A DNA stretch of 64,000 nt from Clostridiales bacterium (GCA_015069395.1 SVIR01000002.1:18005-82004); one strand, 5' to 3'. Counted from the stretch's first letter, positions 17,393 through 26,858 are shown. The notes: a model not told the origin generated them from the sequence alone. Numbers and translations are program-made.

Positions 17393-18121
17393 TTAAATTT
17401 CAGGATCAAATTTTTCAAAAATAATGTTGTCGCAGTGTTTTACAACTTTTATATATTCTTCTTTGCTTCTTATGGTCCAAGCAAGAAGAGGGAGGCTTTT
17501 ATACTTTCTAACGGTTCTGTTTGGAAGAGCAGAGGCTTCATAAGAAATAAAATGTGGTTGGCTGACTTTTTTGTTGAGTTTCATTGTTCTTAACATATAT
17601 TTTCTAATCCAAGACATTTTTTCTGTTTTAAATGTTCCTGCCAATTGTCCCCTAAGAATTTCAGGTGCATTTTCTCTGAAATATCCAAGAGAAAATGGGT
17701 TGAAAGACTGAACAGCAAACTCGCCTTTATATTTTCTTAAAATATTTATAAGTGCTTGTTCAAGTTGACCAACCTTGTATTTGTTTTTGATTTCAATAAG
17801 CAAAGGAACTCTTCCGTCAACAACTTTCAAAACCTGTTCGAGAGTAGGGATAGTTTCTTTAGAGTCCTTCAATTTTAGAGCCTTCAAGTCTGGTTTGTTT
17901 AAATATTTTAAATAGCCATCATTTCCTGTCATTCTGGCTAAAGATTCGTCGTGAAAGACAACAACAGTGTTGTCTGCCAGGAGTTGAACGTCAAGTTCTA
18001 TCGCGTAGCCCTTTTCAATCGCTTTTTCGAAAGCTGCGATTGAATTTTCAGGAATATTTTTATTGTGGTAGCCCCTGTGGGCGATAGGTGTTTCCACCAA
18101 CCAAGACTTGAATAAATCCAT
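17393..18121 (-). CDS. Glycerophosphodiester phosphodiesterase
   Basis: Motifs IAHRGYHN, ENSIAAFEKA and IELDVQL. Confidence 0.85.
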   Translation of the reverse strand: MDLFKSWLVETPIAHRGYHNKNIPENSIAAFEKAIEKGYAIELDVQLLADNTVVVFHDESLARMTGNDGYLKYLNKPDLKALKLKDSKETIPTLEQVLKVVDGRVPLLIEIKNKYKVGQLEQALINILRKYKGEFAVQSFNPFSLGYFRENAPEILRGQLAGTFKTEKMSWIRKYMLRTMKLNKKVSQPHFISYEASALPNRTVRKYKSLPLLAWTIRSKEEYIKVVKHCDNIIFEKFDPEI

Positions 18122-18186
18122 ATTTTTTTCCTCAATATTATTATATTAATTTTATTCTATCTTATTTTCGAAAAATTGTCAAATAT

Positions 18187-21100
18187 TTATGATTTAATAA
18201 ATTTTTTTATTGTTTCAATACGTTTTTTAGCATCTTCTTTGCTTTGTTTAAGCAATTCTTCAGCCTCTTCTCCTTTCAATTCTTTTAAAGCGCTGAAACG
18301 ACTTTCGCTGTTTATAAAATCTTCATATTTGTCAAAATCGCATACGCTATCAATTGAAAGATTGTCTTCTTGTGGGTTGTATCGTAAAAGTGACCAATAG
18401 CCACATTCAACTACTCTGCGCATTTCAGTTGAGGTTTTCGACATATCGCAACCGTGATTCGTACAAGGACTATAGGCGACAATCAAACTTGGTCCGTTGA
18501 AAGCTTCAGCTTCTTTGAATGCTTTTATACATTGTGACATATTTGCACCAAGACTGACTTGTGCCACGTAACAATTTTTTGAGGCGATAGCCAAAGCAAC
18601 CAAGTCTTTTTTCTTTGTTTGTTTTCCGGCATTTGCAAATTTTGCCATCGCTCCACGAGGGGTTGATTTTGAAGCTTGACCACCCGTGTTTGAATATACT
18701 TCTGTGTCAAGAACCAAAACGTTTACATTTTCATTTCCGTTTAATATATGGTCAAGACCCCCATAACCAATATCATAAGCCCAGCCATCGCCACCAATAA
18801 TCCAAACACTTTGATTTTCATTGCTACCATATCTCGAACCCAATTTCATTCCAAGACCAAATTCGGCGTTGTCTTCAAACAATGAGTTTGCCCAAGCAGG
18901 ACCTCTTCCGTTTTCGTCTTTTAAATAAGGACAGCTTGGGTAAGAGCCTCCATAAATACTTGAACAACCAGTTGCATTTGCGATAAGCATTTTTTCTCCA
19001 AACAAAGTGGTCGCTAATCTTATATATGGCGTTTCACCGCATCCACCACAGGCACCGGAGAACCCAAAATAACTATCTTTAAATTGCAGGCCTTTTGGCA
19101 AATCTGTAGAGAAAGGAGTGTTCTTTTCGGTTTTCAATGTTTTACAGACTTGATAGTTTTTCTTTTCTTCGTCTAAGATTTCGTTTGCCATAGTCATTTC
19201 AAGAGCTTTGTTTCTTGAAGGACAGACGCTTGCGCAAACACCACATCCAGTACAATCCTCAGGGCTGACTTGAATGCGATAATAACAACCGTTCATTCCA
19301 AAAGCAGAGGCAAATTCGATTTCTTCAGGCGTTTCACCTTTCACCAAAACGGCTTTGATTGCATTGTGAGGACAGGACATTATGCATTGACCACATTGAA
19401 TACAATTTTTAGAGATCCATTTAGGAAGATGTGCTGCGAAACCTCTTTTTTCAAATTCTGCTGTGCCTTGAGGAATTTTTCCTGCCTTATCAAAGACTGA
19501 AACTGGCAATTCGTCACCATCGAGTTGTTCGATAGGTTTCATAATTGTTTGATAAAAGTCGTCTTTGATTTCTTTTTGGCTTAGCTTGATGTCTTTCATT
19601 GTAAAGGTCGAAATGTCAACTTCTTCAATTTTATCAACTGCCAAAGCAGAAGCCTTTTTGTTTTTCTCAACAACGACACTTCCTTTCTTTGCAAAAGTTT
19701 TTTCAATATACACATCAATTTGTTTTTTTGCTTCTTCAAAGTCAATAATTTGAGAAACTTTAAATAGTGCTGTTTGCATTATGATATTGATTTTGTTTCC
19801 GAGCCCAACTTCTTCAGCTATCTTTTGAGCATTGATTACAAAAAGTTGAGCATTTTTTTCTTTTAAAGTTTTCTTGTAAATATCAGGCAGGATTTTGTCT
19901 ACTTCTTCAGCAGAGAAGAAAGTGTTTATCAAAACCTTTCCGTTTTGCTTCAATCCTTTTAAACAATCGTATCTATGCACAAAAGAGAAATTGTTGATTG
20001 TAATTATATTTGGGTTTTCAACCAAATATGTGCTTCGGATTGGATTGTCGCTAACCCTTATGTGAGAACGCGTCAAACTTCCACTTTTTTTGCTGTCGTA
20101 TTCAAAATAACCTTGAACATATTTGTCAAGAGTTTCCCCTAAAATTTTGATTGTGCTTTTGCTTGCAGAAACGGTTCCGTCTGAGCCCAAGCCAAAAAAC
20201 TTCATTTCAAAGTTTTTGGTTTTTGGTTGATAATCTTCAAGTGGGAGAGAACTAAAACTTACGTCGTCATTGATTCCCACTGTAAAATTGTCTTTTTCTA
20301 TTTTAAAGTTGTCAACAATAGCTTTGACCATCGAAGGAGTGAAATCTTTTCCACCAAGACCATATCTTCCACCTAAAACCTTGATGTTTTGTCTTGCTTT
20401 TAGTGCTGTGCAAACATCTAAGAAAAGAGGGTCTCTTGCACCACATTCTTTTGTTCTATCCAACACAATGACTTTTTCAACGCTTGCGGGTAAAACGTCG
20501 GCAAACTTTTCATAGTTGAACGGACGATAGAGCCTTACATTCAAAAGAGCGACGTCTTTTGCGAGCTCTGGTTCGGTTTCTAAAAACTCTCTAATTGTTT
20601 CGCAGGAAGAGCCCATTGAAACGATAACGTTTTTAGGGTTAGAACTTCCATAAAGTTGGAAAGGCATATACTTTCTGCCTGTAACTCTATAAAAGTCGTT
20701 CATACATTTTTCAGCCATTTCATAAGCGTTGGTATATGCGGGCGTAGAAAGCTCTCTATTTTGGAAAAAGACATCAGGATTTTGAGCAGTGCCTTTTTGA
20801 TAAGGTGCAGCAGACGTCATTCGTTGATCTTTGAATTTTTTGATTTCTTTTAAAGGCATCATAGCATGAAGAGTCAAGTCGTCTTTGAGCAGTTCGATTT
20901 TTTGCAATTCGTGAGAAGTTCTAAAACCGTCAAAAAAGTGAATGACCGGCAAAGACGCACTATATGTCAACGAATGTGCAACAACTGCCATATCATAAGC
21001 CTCTTGGACTGAAGTTGACGACAACAAAATGCAACCTGTTTGTCTAGTAGCCATTACGTCACTGTGGTCTCCAAAGATTGAAAGGGCATGGGTGGCTAAA

Positions 21101-21435
21101 GTTCTTGCCGCAACGTGTAAAACGCAAGGGAGATGTTCTCCTGCGAGTTTATACAAATTTGGAATCATTAACAATAAGCCTTGACTTGAGGTAAAGGTAG
21201 TTGACATTGCTCCTGAACATAGAGCTCCGTGCAATGCTCCGGCTGCACCACCTTCAGATTGCATTTCAACTAGTGTAGGAAGTTGTCCAAACACGTTTTT
21301 AGCTTTTGCAGACAATTGAGAATCGCAATATTCTGCCATAGGAGAAGATGGGGTGATCGGATAAATTGGTATAACTTGTGACAATTTATAGGCGACCGTA
21401 GCGGCAGCCGTATTTCCATCAATAACTTTTTTCAT
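18187..21435 (-). CDS. nifJ: Pyruvate:ferredoxin (flavodoxin) oxidoreductase
   Basis: Two 4Fe-4S motifs (CIQCGQCIMSCP and CTGCGVCASVCP), the CGGCGETPY cluster and the TPP motif GGDGWAYDIGYGGLDH. The start is ATG 21435, behind AGAGGTG. Confidence 0.92.
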   Translation of the reverse strand: MKKVIDGNTAAATVAYKLSQVIPIYPITPSSPMAEYCDSQLSAKAKNVFGQLPTLVEMQSEGGAAGALHGALCSGAMSTTFTSSQGLLLMIPNLYKLAGEHLPCVLHVAARTLATHALSIFGDHSDVMATRQTGCILLSSTSVQEAYDMAVVAHSLTYSASLPVIHFFDGFRTSHELQKIELLKDDLTLHAMMPLKEIKKFKDQRMTSAAPYQKGTAQNPDVFFQNRELSTPAYTNAYEMAEKCMNDFYRVTGRKYMPFQLYGSSNPKNVIVSMGSSCETIREFLETEPELAKDVALLNVRLYRPFNYEKFADVLPASVEKVIVLDRTKECGARDPLFLDVCTALKARQNIKVLGGRYGLGGKDFTPSMVKAIVDNFKIEKDNFTVGINDDVSFSSLPLEDYQPKTKNFEMKFFGLGSDGTVSASKSTIKILGETLDKYVQGYFEYDSKKSGSLTRSHIRVSDNPIRSTYLVENPNIITINNFSFVHRYDCLKGLKQNGKVLINTFFSAEEVDKILPDIYKKTLKEKNAQLFVINAQKIAEEVGLGNKINIIMQTALFKVSQIIDFEEAKKQIDVYIEKTFAKKGSVVVEKNKKASALAVDKIEEVDISTFTMKDIKLSQKEIKDDFYQTIMKPIEQLDGDELPVSVFDKAGKIPQGTAEFEKRGFAAHLPKWISKNCIQCGQCIMSCPHNAIKAVLVKGETPEEIEFASAFGMNGCYYRIQVSPEDCTGCGVCASVCPSRNKALEMTMANEILDEEKKNYQVCKTLKTEKNTPFSTDLPKGLQFKDSYFGFSGACGGCGETPYIRLATTLFGEKMLIANATGCSSIYGGSYPSCPYLKDENGRGPAWANSLFEDNAEFGLGMKLGSRYGSNENQSVWIIGGDGWAYDIGYGGLDHILNGNENVNVLVLDTEVYSNTGGQASKSTPRGAMAKFANAGKQTKKKDLVALAIASKNCYVAQVSLGANMSQCIKAFKEAEAFNGPSLIVAYSPCTNHGCDMSKTSTEMRRVVECGYWSLLRYNPQEDNLSIDSVCDFDKYEDFINSESRFSALKELKGEEAEELLKQSKEDAKKRIETIKKFIKS

Positions 21436-21494
21436 AAAACACCTCTTTTTCAAAAAATAGTTTAATCTTTTTTTGAGTTTCAAGTCAAATTATT

Positions 21495-21523
21495 TTGCTT
21501 ATATGTCAGATTAATTATATAAT
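21495..21523 (+). promoter_or_regulatory. truA promoter
   Basis: TTGCTT-N17-TATAAT, with exactly 6 nt to ATG 21530 and no SD. Confidence 0.5.
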
Positions 21524-21529
21524 ATAACT

Positions 21530-22273
21530 ATGAGTAGAACAAATTTTAAAATGAAAATAGAATACAATGGAAGTAATTTTTTTGGTTGGCAAAAACAAAA
21601 TGGAAAAAGAACTGTTCAAGGCGAACTAGAAAATGCTTTTCTTGTTTTGACACAACAAGAAGTTTCTGTAGAAGGAAGTGGAAGAACTGACAAAGGCGTT
21701 CATTCACTTGGGCAAGTTGCTTCAGTTGAATTTGATAATAAAATGCCCGTAAAAAAAATAAAACAGGCTCTCAACAATTTGTTGCCAAAAGATATTGTTG
21801 TAAAGTCAATAACAAAAGTTCCTTTTGATTTTCATGCACGTTTTTCAGCAAAGAAAAAAACATATAGATATACCGTTCAAATCAAAGGAGATCGTTCGGC
21901 ATTAAACTTTGATAGAATTGCTTATTATCCTTATGAAGTAGATCTTGATAAAATCAAAAAGATTTCAAAAAAGTTGGAGGGAGTTCACAATTTCAAGGGT
22001 TTTTGCAGTTCGGCAACCTCAACCAACAATTTTGAAAGAGAAATTTATTTTATAAAAATCAAAAAGGTTGGAAACAACTTGATTTTTGAAGTTTGTGGAA
22101 ATGGTTTCTTGTATAATATGGTAAGAATTATTGTTGGGACTCTTTTGGAAGTCGGCAGAAACAAACTGACAGAAGAAGATGTTGAAAGGGCTTTGCAAAA
22201 CGGAGACCGAAAATTTTCAGGAAAGACCATGCCTGCTTGTGGGCTTTGTTTAATGAAAGTAGAATACAAATAA
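21530..22273 (+). CDS. truA: tRNA pseudouridine(38-40) synthase TruA
   Basis: Motifs YNGSNFFGWQKQ and the catalytic GSGRTDKGVHS. Confidence 0.9.
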   Translation: MSRTNFKMKIEYNGSNFFGWQKQNGKRTVQGELENAFLVLTQQEVSVEGSGRTDKGVHSLGQVASVEFDNKMPVKKIKQALNNLLPKDIVVKSITKVPFDFHARFSAKKKTYRYTVQIKGDRSALNFDRIAYYPYEVDLDKIKKISKKLEGVHNFKGFCSSATSTNNFEREIYFIKIKKVGNNLIFEVCGNGFLYNMVRIIVGTLLEVGRNKLTEEDVERALQNGDRKFSGKTMPACGLCLMKVEYK

Positions 22274-22276
22274 AAT

Positions 22277-22304
22277 AAAAAAACAGCAAAAATGCTGTTT
22301 TTTT
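22277..22304. terminator. Bidirectional terminator
   Basis: Stem ACAGCA/TGCTGT flanked by an A-run and a T-run. Confidence 0.65.
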
Positions 22305-22310
22305 GAATTT

Positions 22311-23123
22311 TTATTTGTTTAAATTGTCGTAATTTAAAATTAAATAATATGTTTTTGAGTCAGAGTCATTTATATTAAAATCAAATTCAAAAACTATTTT
22401 ATAAGACCCCTCAGAGTATGTCACTTCATAAGAATAACCTTCCATTTCTGTTTTTGCAGTGTTTGAAAAAACATCAATGGTTGTTCTGAAATCAATTGTT
22501 CGAGCAGCGTAAGAATTTTGAAGATTTGCAGAAACAATAATATGCTGTTCGGTTGACAAATACAAAATTTGGTCAAATTCGGTTGGGGCAAAAAGAACAT
22601 TGTTTTTGAGAGGTAAATTGTTTTGGATGAAAACAGTTTTTTCTCCTTGTCTTATTGAAATGTTTGAATTAAAAGTGGTTTCTTGAGTGCCCATATCAAG
22701 TTCAGGAGTAGAGGTTAGATTGTCTGTTATATAAAAATTTGTAAGCTTTGCATACTCCATGTACGTTTCGTCAAATACGGCAGTATAATTCCCTTGTCTT
22801 TCTTTTGACATTGTAAAAGTAAGTGTGCTCTTAGAGATTTCTTGTTGGCTGTTTTGGGTGTTTACAATTTTGAAGGTTTCGTTGTCTGAAATAAGGGTAG
22901 AATCTTGAAAAACCCAAGCGATAAAGTTGTTGTTTGGTTTTGCTGTAGCAGTCAAGGTTACTGTTTCTCCTTCGTCATAAGTGCCTTGACCGACCACCTC
23001 ACCAGCATTTACCCAACTCGAAGAAACTGTTATGTCCCACGAAGGAAGATCTTCGCAACCAAAAAATGCGAAAACAGGCAACACAAACAAAGTTAATAAA
23101 AACAAAGACAATTTTTTCTTCAT
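22311..23123 (-). CDS. Lipoprotein with InlB-B-repeat-like segment (hypothetical)
   Basis: Lipobox AFFGC. The segment GQGTYDEGETVTLTATAKPNNNFIAWVF resembles the Listeria-Bacteroides repeat. The start is ATG 23123, behind GAGGAA. Confidence 0.5.
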   Translation of the reverse strand: MKKKLSLFLLTLFVLPVFAFFGCEDLPSWDITVSSSWVNAGEVVGQGTYDEGETVTLTATAKPNNNFIAWVFQDSTLISDNETFKIVNTQNSQQEISKSTLTFTMSKERQGNYTAVFDETYMEYAKLTNFYITDNLTSTPELDMGTQETTFNSNISIRQGEKTVFIQNNLPLKNNVLFAPTEFDQILYLSTEQHIIVSANLQNSYAARTIDFRTTIDVFSNTAKTEMEGYSYEVTYSEGSYKIVFEFDFNINDSDSKTYYLILNYDNLNK

Positions 23124-23257
23124 AATTCTATTATTCCTCAAAGTATTTATAATTCATATTATGTCCAAAAGTCAAATAAAAAAGAATGTTTCACAAAAAT
23201 AAACTTTTTTGAGTATTTTTCATTCGCTTGCATAAAATAGTGAGGTAAGGAGTTTTT

Positions 23258-24028
23258 ATGTGGGAACTTTCTATCTCTGTGAATTCTAAAAATATGCACA
23301 TAGCAAAGTTTATCTATCAGAGTTTAAAGGCTCAAACAGAGGATTTGGGAGCTGTCGTAACTTGTTATGAACAATATGACAATGTAAATATTGTTTTCGG
23401 TTGTCCAATTATTGAAAAATCTCGTGCAAACGTTGTTTTAGAGCGATTGATAATAAAAGTTATTACAAATTTCTATAAAGAAGAGTTTTTATGCGACAAT
23501 TTGCATTTGCCGATTTATGAAAATATGAGTTTGACGGCATTTAAGAAAGCTTTGATAAATTTCGATAAAGAAACAGATTTTTATCTTATTAGCAAAAATT
23601 TAGATTTAGAAAAAAATTTACACCTAGATTCATTTTATGCTTTTAGGCTTAAAGCTTTAAGGGAAAAGTGGTTTGAATTAGTCTCTTTGGCAAACGAAAA
23701 TAGTGAATATTTGGTTAGCAATGACTCGTTTTTTGATTTGCTTAAATTTTTAATAGACAATTTGGAGATTTGTGAGGAAGAAATTGATGTTTTTCAAGAC
23801 GAAAATGGTTATTTTTTCAATCCACAAAGTTCAGATGTCGAAAATTCAGGCCTTTCAAAAGAAGCTCTTGTGTCTTCTTTGATTGATTTATGTCCGAAAA
23901 AAATTAATCTCTTTTGTAAAAGTGACGACAACACGGCAGGATTCTTGAGCAAGATTTTTGAAGAACGAATCAATGTATGCTACAATAAGAACATGGAAAA
24001 AATTGACAACTTTTCAGTTTTGAAATAA
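23258..24028 (+). CDS. ytxC: YtxC-like sporulation-associated protein
   Basis: It lies directly upstream of the thrS leader, as in Bacillus. The segments FYAFRLKALREKW and LCPKKINLF...IFEERINV resemble B. subtilis YtxC as I recall it. Confidence 0.55.
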   Translation: MWELSISVNSKNMHIAKFIYQSLKAQTEDLGAVVTCYEQYDNVNIVFGCPIIEKSRANVVLERLIIKVITNFYKEEFLCDNLHLPIYENMSLTAFKKALINFDKETDFYLISKNLDLEKNLHLDSFYAFRLKALREKWFELVSLANENSEYLVSNDSFFDLLKFLIDNLEICEEEIDVFQDENGYFFNPQSSDVENSGLSKEALVSSLIDLCPKKINLFCKSDDNTAGFLSKIFEERINVCYNKNMEKIDNFSVLK

Positions 24029-24043
24029 ACCTTAAAATTTTTC

Positions 24044-24072
24044 TTGACAAAAACAAATTGTTGGAGTAAACT
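24044..24072 (+). promoter_or_regulatory. Promoter of the thrS leader
   Basis: TTGACA-N17-TAAACT. Confidence 0.55.
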
Positions 24073-24078
24073 TTAGTT

Positions 24079-24292
24079 AAGTGTTTAGCAAGGGACAAGT
24101 AGTTTTTAAAACTTTGTGTACAGAGAAGAGTTGTTTGGTGAAAAACTTTGACAAATTTGAAAACGAAACCACTTTTGCGTTTGAAGATACGAAAAAAAAG
24201 AGAGGCACTTTTGTGCAATTAAGGTGGAACCGCGGTTTATAATCGTCCTTAAATTCAAGTTTATCTTGTCTTTAAGGATTTTTTGTTTTTAT
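24079..24292 (+). promoter_or_regulatory. T-box riboswitch leader (Thr specifier)
   Basis: T-box sequence AATTAAGGTGGAACCGCGG (about 24217-24236) and an AGAGA element. The candidate specifier is GAA-ACC-A at 24168-24170. The terminator is TCCTTAAA...TTTAAGGA (24247-24278) plus a T-run. Confidence 0.85.
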
Positions 24293-24317
24293 AGGCAAGA
24301 AAAAAAGGAGTTTAAAA

Positions 24318-26084
24318 ATGGAAAAGAAAGAAAAAAATGAAAAGTTGCAAATGGCGAGACATTCTCTTGCTCATATTTTGGCAAAAACTCTTGTAGAGCT
24401 TTATCCAAACACAAAGCTTACAATTGGACCTGCAATTGACGATGGATTTTATTATGACATCGATACTGATGTTGTTATAACTCCAGACAAATATGCCGAA
24501 ATTGAAAAAAGAATGAAAGAAATCTTAAACAAAGGTGAAGCATTTGAAAGAAAGGTTGTTTCAAAAGCCGAAGCGTTAAAACTTTTTGACAACAATCAAT
24601 ACAAACAAGAAATTATCAATGAACTTCCAGCAGATGCAGAAATTTCGTTGTACTACACAGGAGATTTTTTTGATCTTTGTTCTGGCCCACATGTAGATAG
24701 TAGCAAAAATATTCAAAATTACGCATTTAAGATTCACGCTGTAAACGGAGCATATTGGAGAGGCGACGAAAAAAACAAAATGCTTCAAAGAGTTTATGTT
24801 TATGCTTTCGCTGACAAAAAACAACTCAATGATTATGTAACAATGCTTGAAGAGGCAAGAAAACGTGATCATAACAAACTCGGAAGGGAACTCGAACTTT
24901 TTACAACAGTTGATTATATTGGTCAAGGCTTGCCAATTCTTCTCCCTAAAGGTGCAAAAGTAATTCAAATAATGCAAAGATTCGTTGAAGACGAAGAAGC
25001 TAGACGTGGCTGGCAATTGACCAAGACGCCATTTATGGCAAAGAGTGATTTGTACAAAATCTCGGGACACTGGGATCATTATAAAGACGGAATGTTTGTT
25101 TTAGGAGACGAAGCAAAAGACAAAGAAGTTTTGGCTTTGAGACCTATGACTTGTCCATTTCAATATCAATGTTATTTAAACAAAGCTCGCTCTTACAAAG
25201 ATTTACCTTTGCGTTATAATGAAACATCTACTCTTTTTAGAAATGAAGCTAGTGGAGAAATGCACGGACTTATTCGTGTAAGACAATTTACAATTTCTGA
25301 AGGCCACTTGATGTGTACTCCAGAACAATTGGAAGAAGAATTTAAGGGCTGTTTGGAACTTGCAATCTTTATGCTTAAAACTTTGGGATTGTATGAAGAT
25401 GCTTCATATAGATTCTCTCAATGGGACCCAAACAACAGGGAAAAGTATATCGGAACAGACGAACAATGGGACGAAGCTCAATCTACTATGGAAAAGATTT
25501 TGAAGCATCTTGAAATTCCTTATGAAGTAGGTGTTGGGGAAGCGGCCTTCTATGGACCAAAACTTGATATTCAAATTAAAAATGTTTTTGGCAAAGAAGA
25601 TACTTTGATTACTATTCAAATTGATCAAATGCTTGCTGAAAAATTTGGTATGGAATATACAGATAAAGATGGAGTTAAGAAAAACCCTTATATTATTCAT
25701 AGAACAAGTATTGGATGTTATGAAAGAACATTGGCTTATCTTATTGAAAAGTATGCAGGAGCATTCCCACTCTGGCTTGCACCAGTTCAAGTTAAGGTCT
25801 TGACGTTGACTGACAGAAGCAATGAGTATGCAAAAAGCATTGTTGCAGAGCTTAAGAAAAACGATGTGAGAGTTGAGCTTGACGATAGAAATGAAAAGGT
25901 TGGTTACAAGATTCGTGAAGCACTTTCTATGAAGATTCCTTATCTTATTATTGTTGGGGACGAGGAAGAATCAACACAAACAATTTCAATTCGTGGAAGA
26001 GGTTATGAAAATGCAACAGGGTTAAGCCTTTCTGATTTTGTTGAAAGACTCAAAAACGAAATCGAAACAAAGATAATCAAATAG
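24318..26084 (+). CDS. thrS: Threonine--tRNA ligase lacking the N-terminal TGS domain
   Basis: 588 aa. It starts in the editing/SAD region (MARHSLAHILA) and has class II core motifs and an anticodon-binding C-terminus. Confidence 0.93.
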   Translation: MEKKEKNEKLQMARHSLAHILAKTLVELYPNTKLTIGPAIDDGFYYDIDTDVVITPDKYAEIEKRMKEILNKGEAFERKVVSKAEALKLFDNNQYKQEIINELPADAEISLYYTGDFFDLCSGPHVDSSKNIQNYAFKIHAVNGAYWRGDEKNKMLQRVYVYAFADKKQLNDYVTMLEEARKRDHNKLGRELELFTTVDYIGQGLPILLPKGAKVIQIMQRFVEDEEARRGWQLTKTPFMAKSDLYKISGHWDHYKDGMFVLGDEAKDKEVLALRPMTCPFQYQCYLNKARSYKDLPLRYNETSTLFRNEASGEMHGLIRVRQFTISEGHLMCTPEQLEEEFKGCLELAIFMLKTLGLYEDASYRFSQWDPNNREKYIGTDEQWDEAQSTMEKILKHLEIPYEVGVGEAAFYGPKLDIQIKNVFGKEDTLITIQIDQMLAEKFGMEYTDKDGVKKNPYIIHRTSIGCYERTLAYLIEKYAGAFPLWLAPVQVKVLTLTDRSNEYAKSIVAELKKNDVRVELDDRNEKVGYKIREALSMKIPYLIIVGDEEESTQTISIRGRGYENATGLSLSDFVERLKNEIETKIIK

Positions 26085-26157
26085 AAAATATTAAACTTGT
26101 CAAAATCTGTCGAAAAAACAAAACGACAAAAAATTTCAACGATTTTAAATTTTAATC

Positions 26158-26186
26158 TTGAAAATTTGTTTGGTTTATTTTATAAT
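26158..26186 (+). promoter_or_regulatory. Consensus-like promoter upstream of the sORF and yajC
   Basis: TTGAAA-N17-TATAAT. Confidence 0.55.
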
Positions 26187-26219
26187 TTATGGTAGTATCA
26201 TAAAAGGAGTAAATTTTCG

Positions 26220-26294
26220 ATGGACATAAATACTTTGATAATACCATTTGGTGTGGTGTTCATGGTTTTGTTGATGGGATTTTATTTCAAATAA
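26220..26294 (+). CDS. 24-aa hydrophobic small ORF (not in the ORF track)
   Basis: AAGGAG lies 10 nt upstream of the ATG. The product is MDINTLIIPFGVVFMVLLMGFYFK, a single TM-like peptide, 18 nt upstream of yajC. Confidence 0.3.
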   Translation: MDINTLIIPFGVVFMVLLMGFYFK

Positions 26295-26312
26295 AAAAAA
26301 GGAGATAAAAAA

Positions 26313-26828
26313 ATGTCATTATTGTTAGCAGCAGAAACAAATGTATGGAACTATGTTTTGATTGGTGTTGTTGTCTTGCTTTTGATTGCACTTCCTATTT
26401 TAATGAATGCAAGAAACAAAAAAGAAAGCCAAAAAATCCAAGAACAAACAAATTCTTTGAAAGTTGGAGATAAAATTTTGACTACAAGTGGTGTTTATGG
26501 AACAATCACAGAACTCAAATTTGACGACACTCAAAAAATGGTTGTTATTGAAACTGGTGGAAAAACAAAAAGTTATATGAGTATTGACGCTTATGCAATT
26601 TACACTGTTTTCAAAAGCGAGGCAGAACTTCAAAGAGAAGCTGCTTTGAAAGCCGAAGCTGAGAAGAAGGCTGAAGAAGAAAAGCAGGGAGACAAAAAAG
26701 TTGAAAAAGATTCTGCGACAGAAAAAGCTGAAGAGCCTAAAGAAGAAACCAAGGTTGAAGTTAAAGAGCAAATCAAAAAGCCTAGAAAGAAAAAGACAAC
26801 AGCAGAACCAAAAGAAGAAAACAAATAA
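26313..26828 (+). CDS. yajC: Preprotein translocase subunit YajC with long Lys/Glu/Ala-rich tail
   Basis: One N-terminal TM segment, the YajC core LKVGDKILTTSGVYGTITEL, and then a charged low-complexity tail of about 80 aa. Confidence 0.8.
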   Translation: MSLLLAAETNVWNYVLIGVVVLLLIALPILMNARNKKESQKIQEQTNSLKVGDKILTTSGVYGTITELKFDDTQKMVVIETGGKTKSYMSIDAYAIYTVFKSEAELQREAALKAEAEKKAEEEKQGDKKVEKDSATEKAEEPKEETKVEVKEQIKKPRKKKTTAEPKEENK

Positions 26829-26858
26829 AAAGGTGGCGCAAAGCCACTTTTTTTTTAT
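26827..26858 (+). terminator. Rho-independent terminator
   Basis: Stem GGTGGC/GCCACT followed by a long T-run. Confidence 0.65.

Noticed and set aside
24576-25079. Long antisense ORFs inside well-supported genes. Examples are 24576-25079 in thrS, 26400-26873 in yajC, 36703-37119 in clpC, 46491-46910 in parE, 56741-57226 in gpmI and 38585-38965 across hpf.
   Set aside because: These are shadow ORFs opposite strongly conserved genes. Their compositions are Phe/Leu/Ser/Cys-rich, typical of the antisense of Lys/Glu-rich coding sequence. They have no SD and no recognisable motifs.
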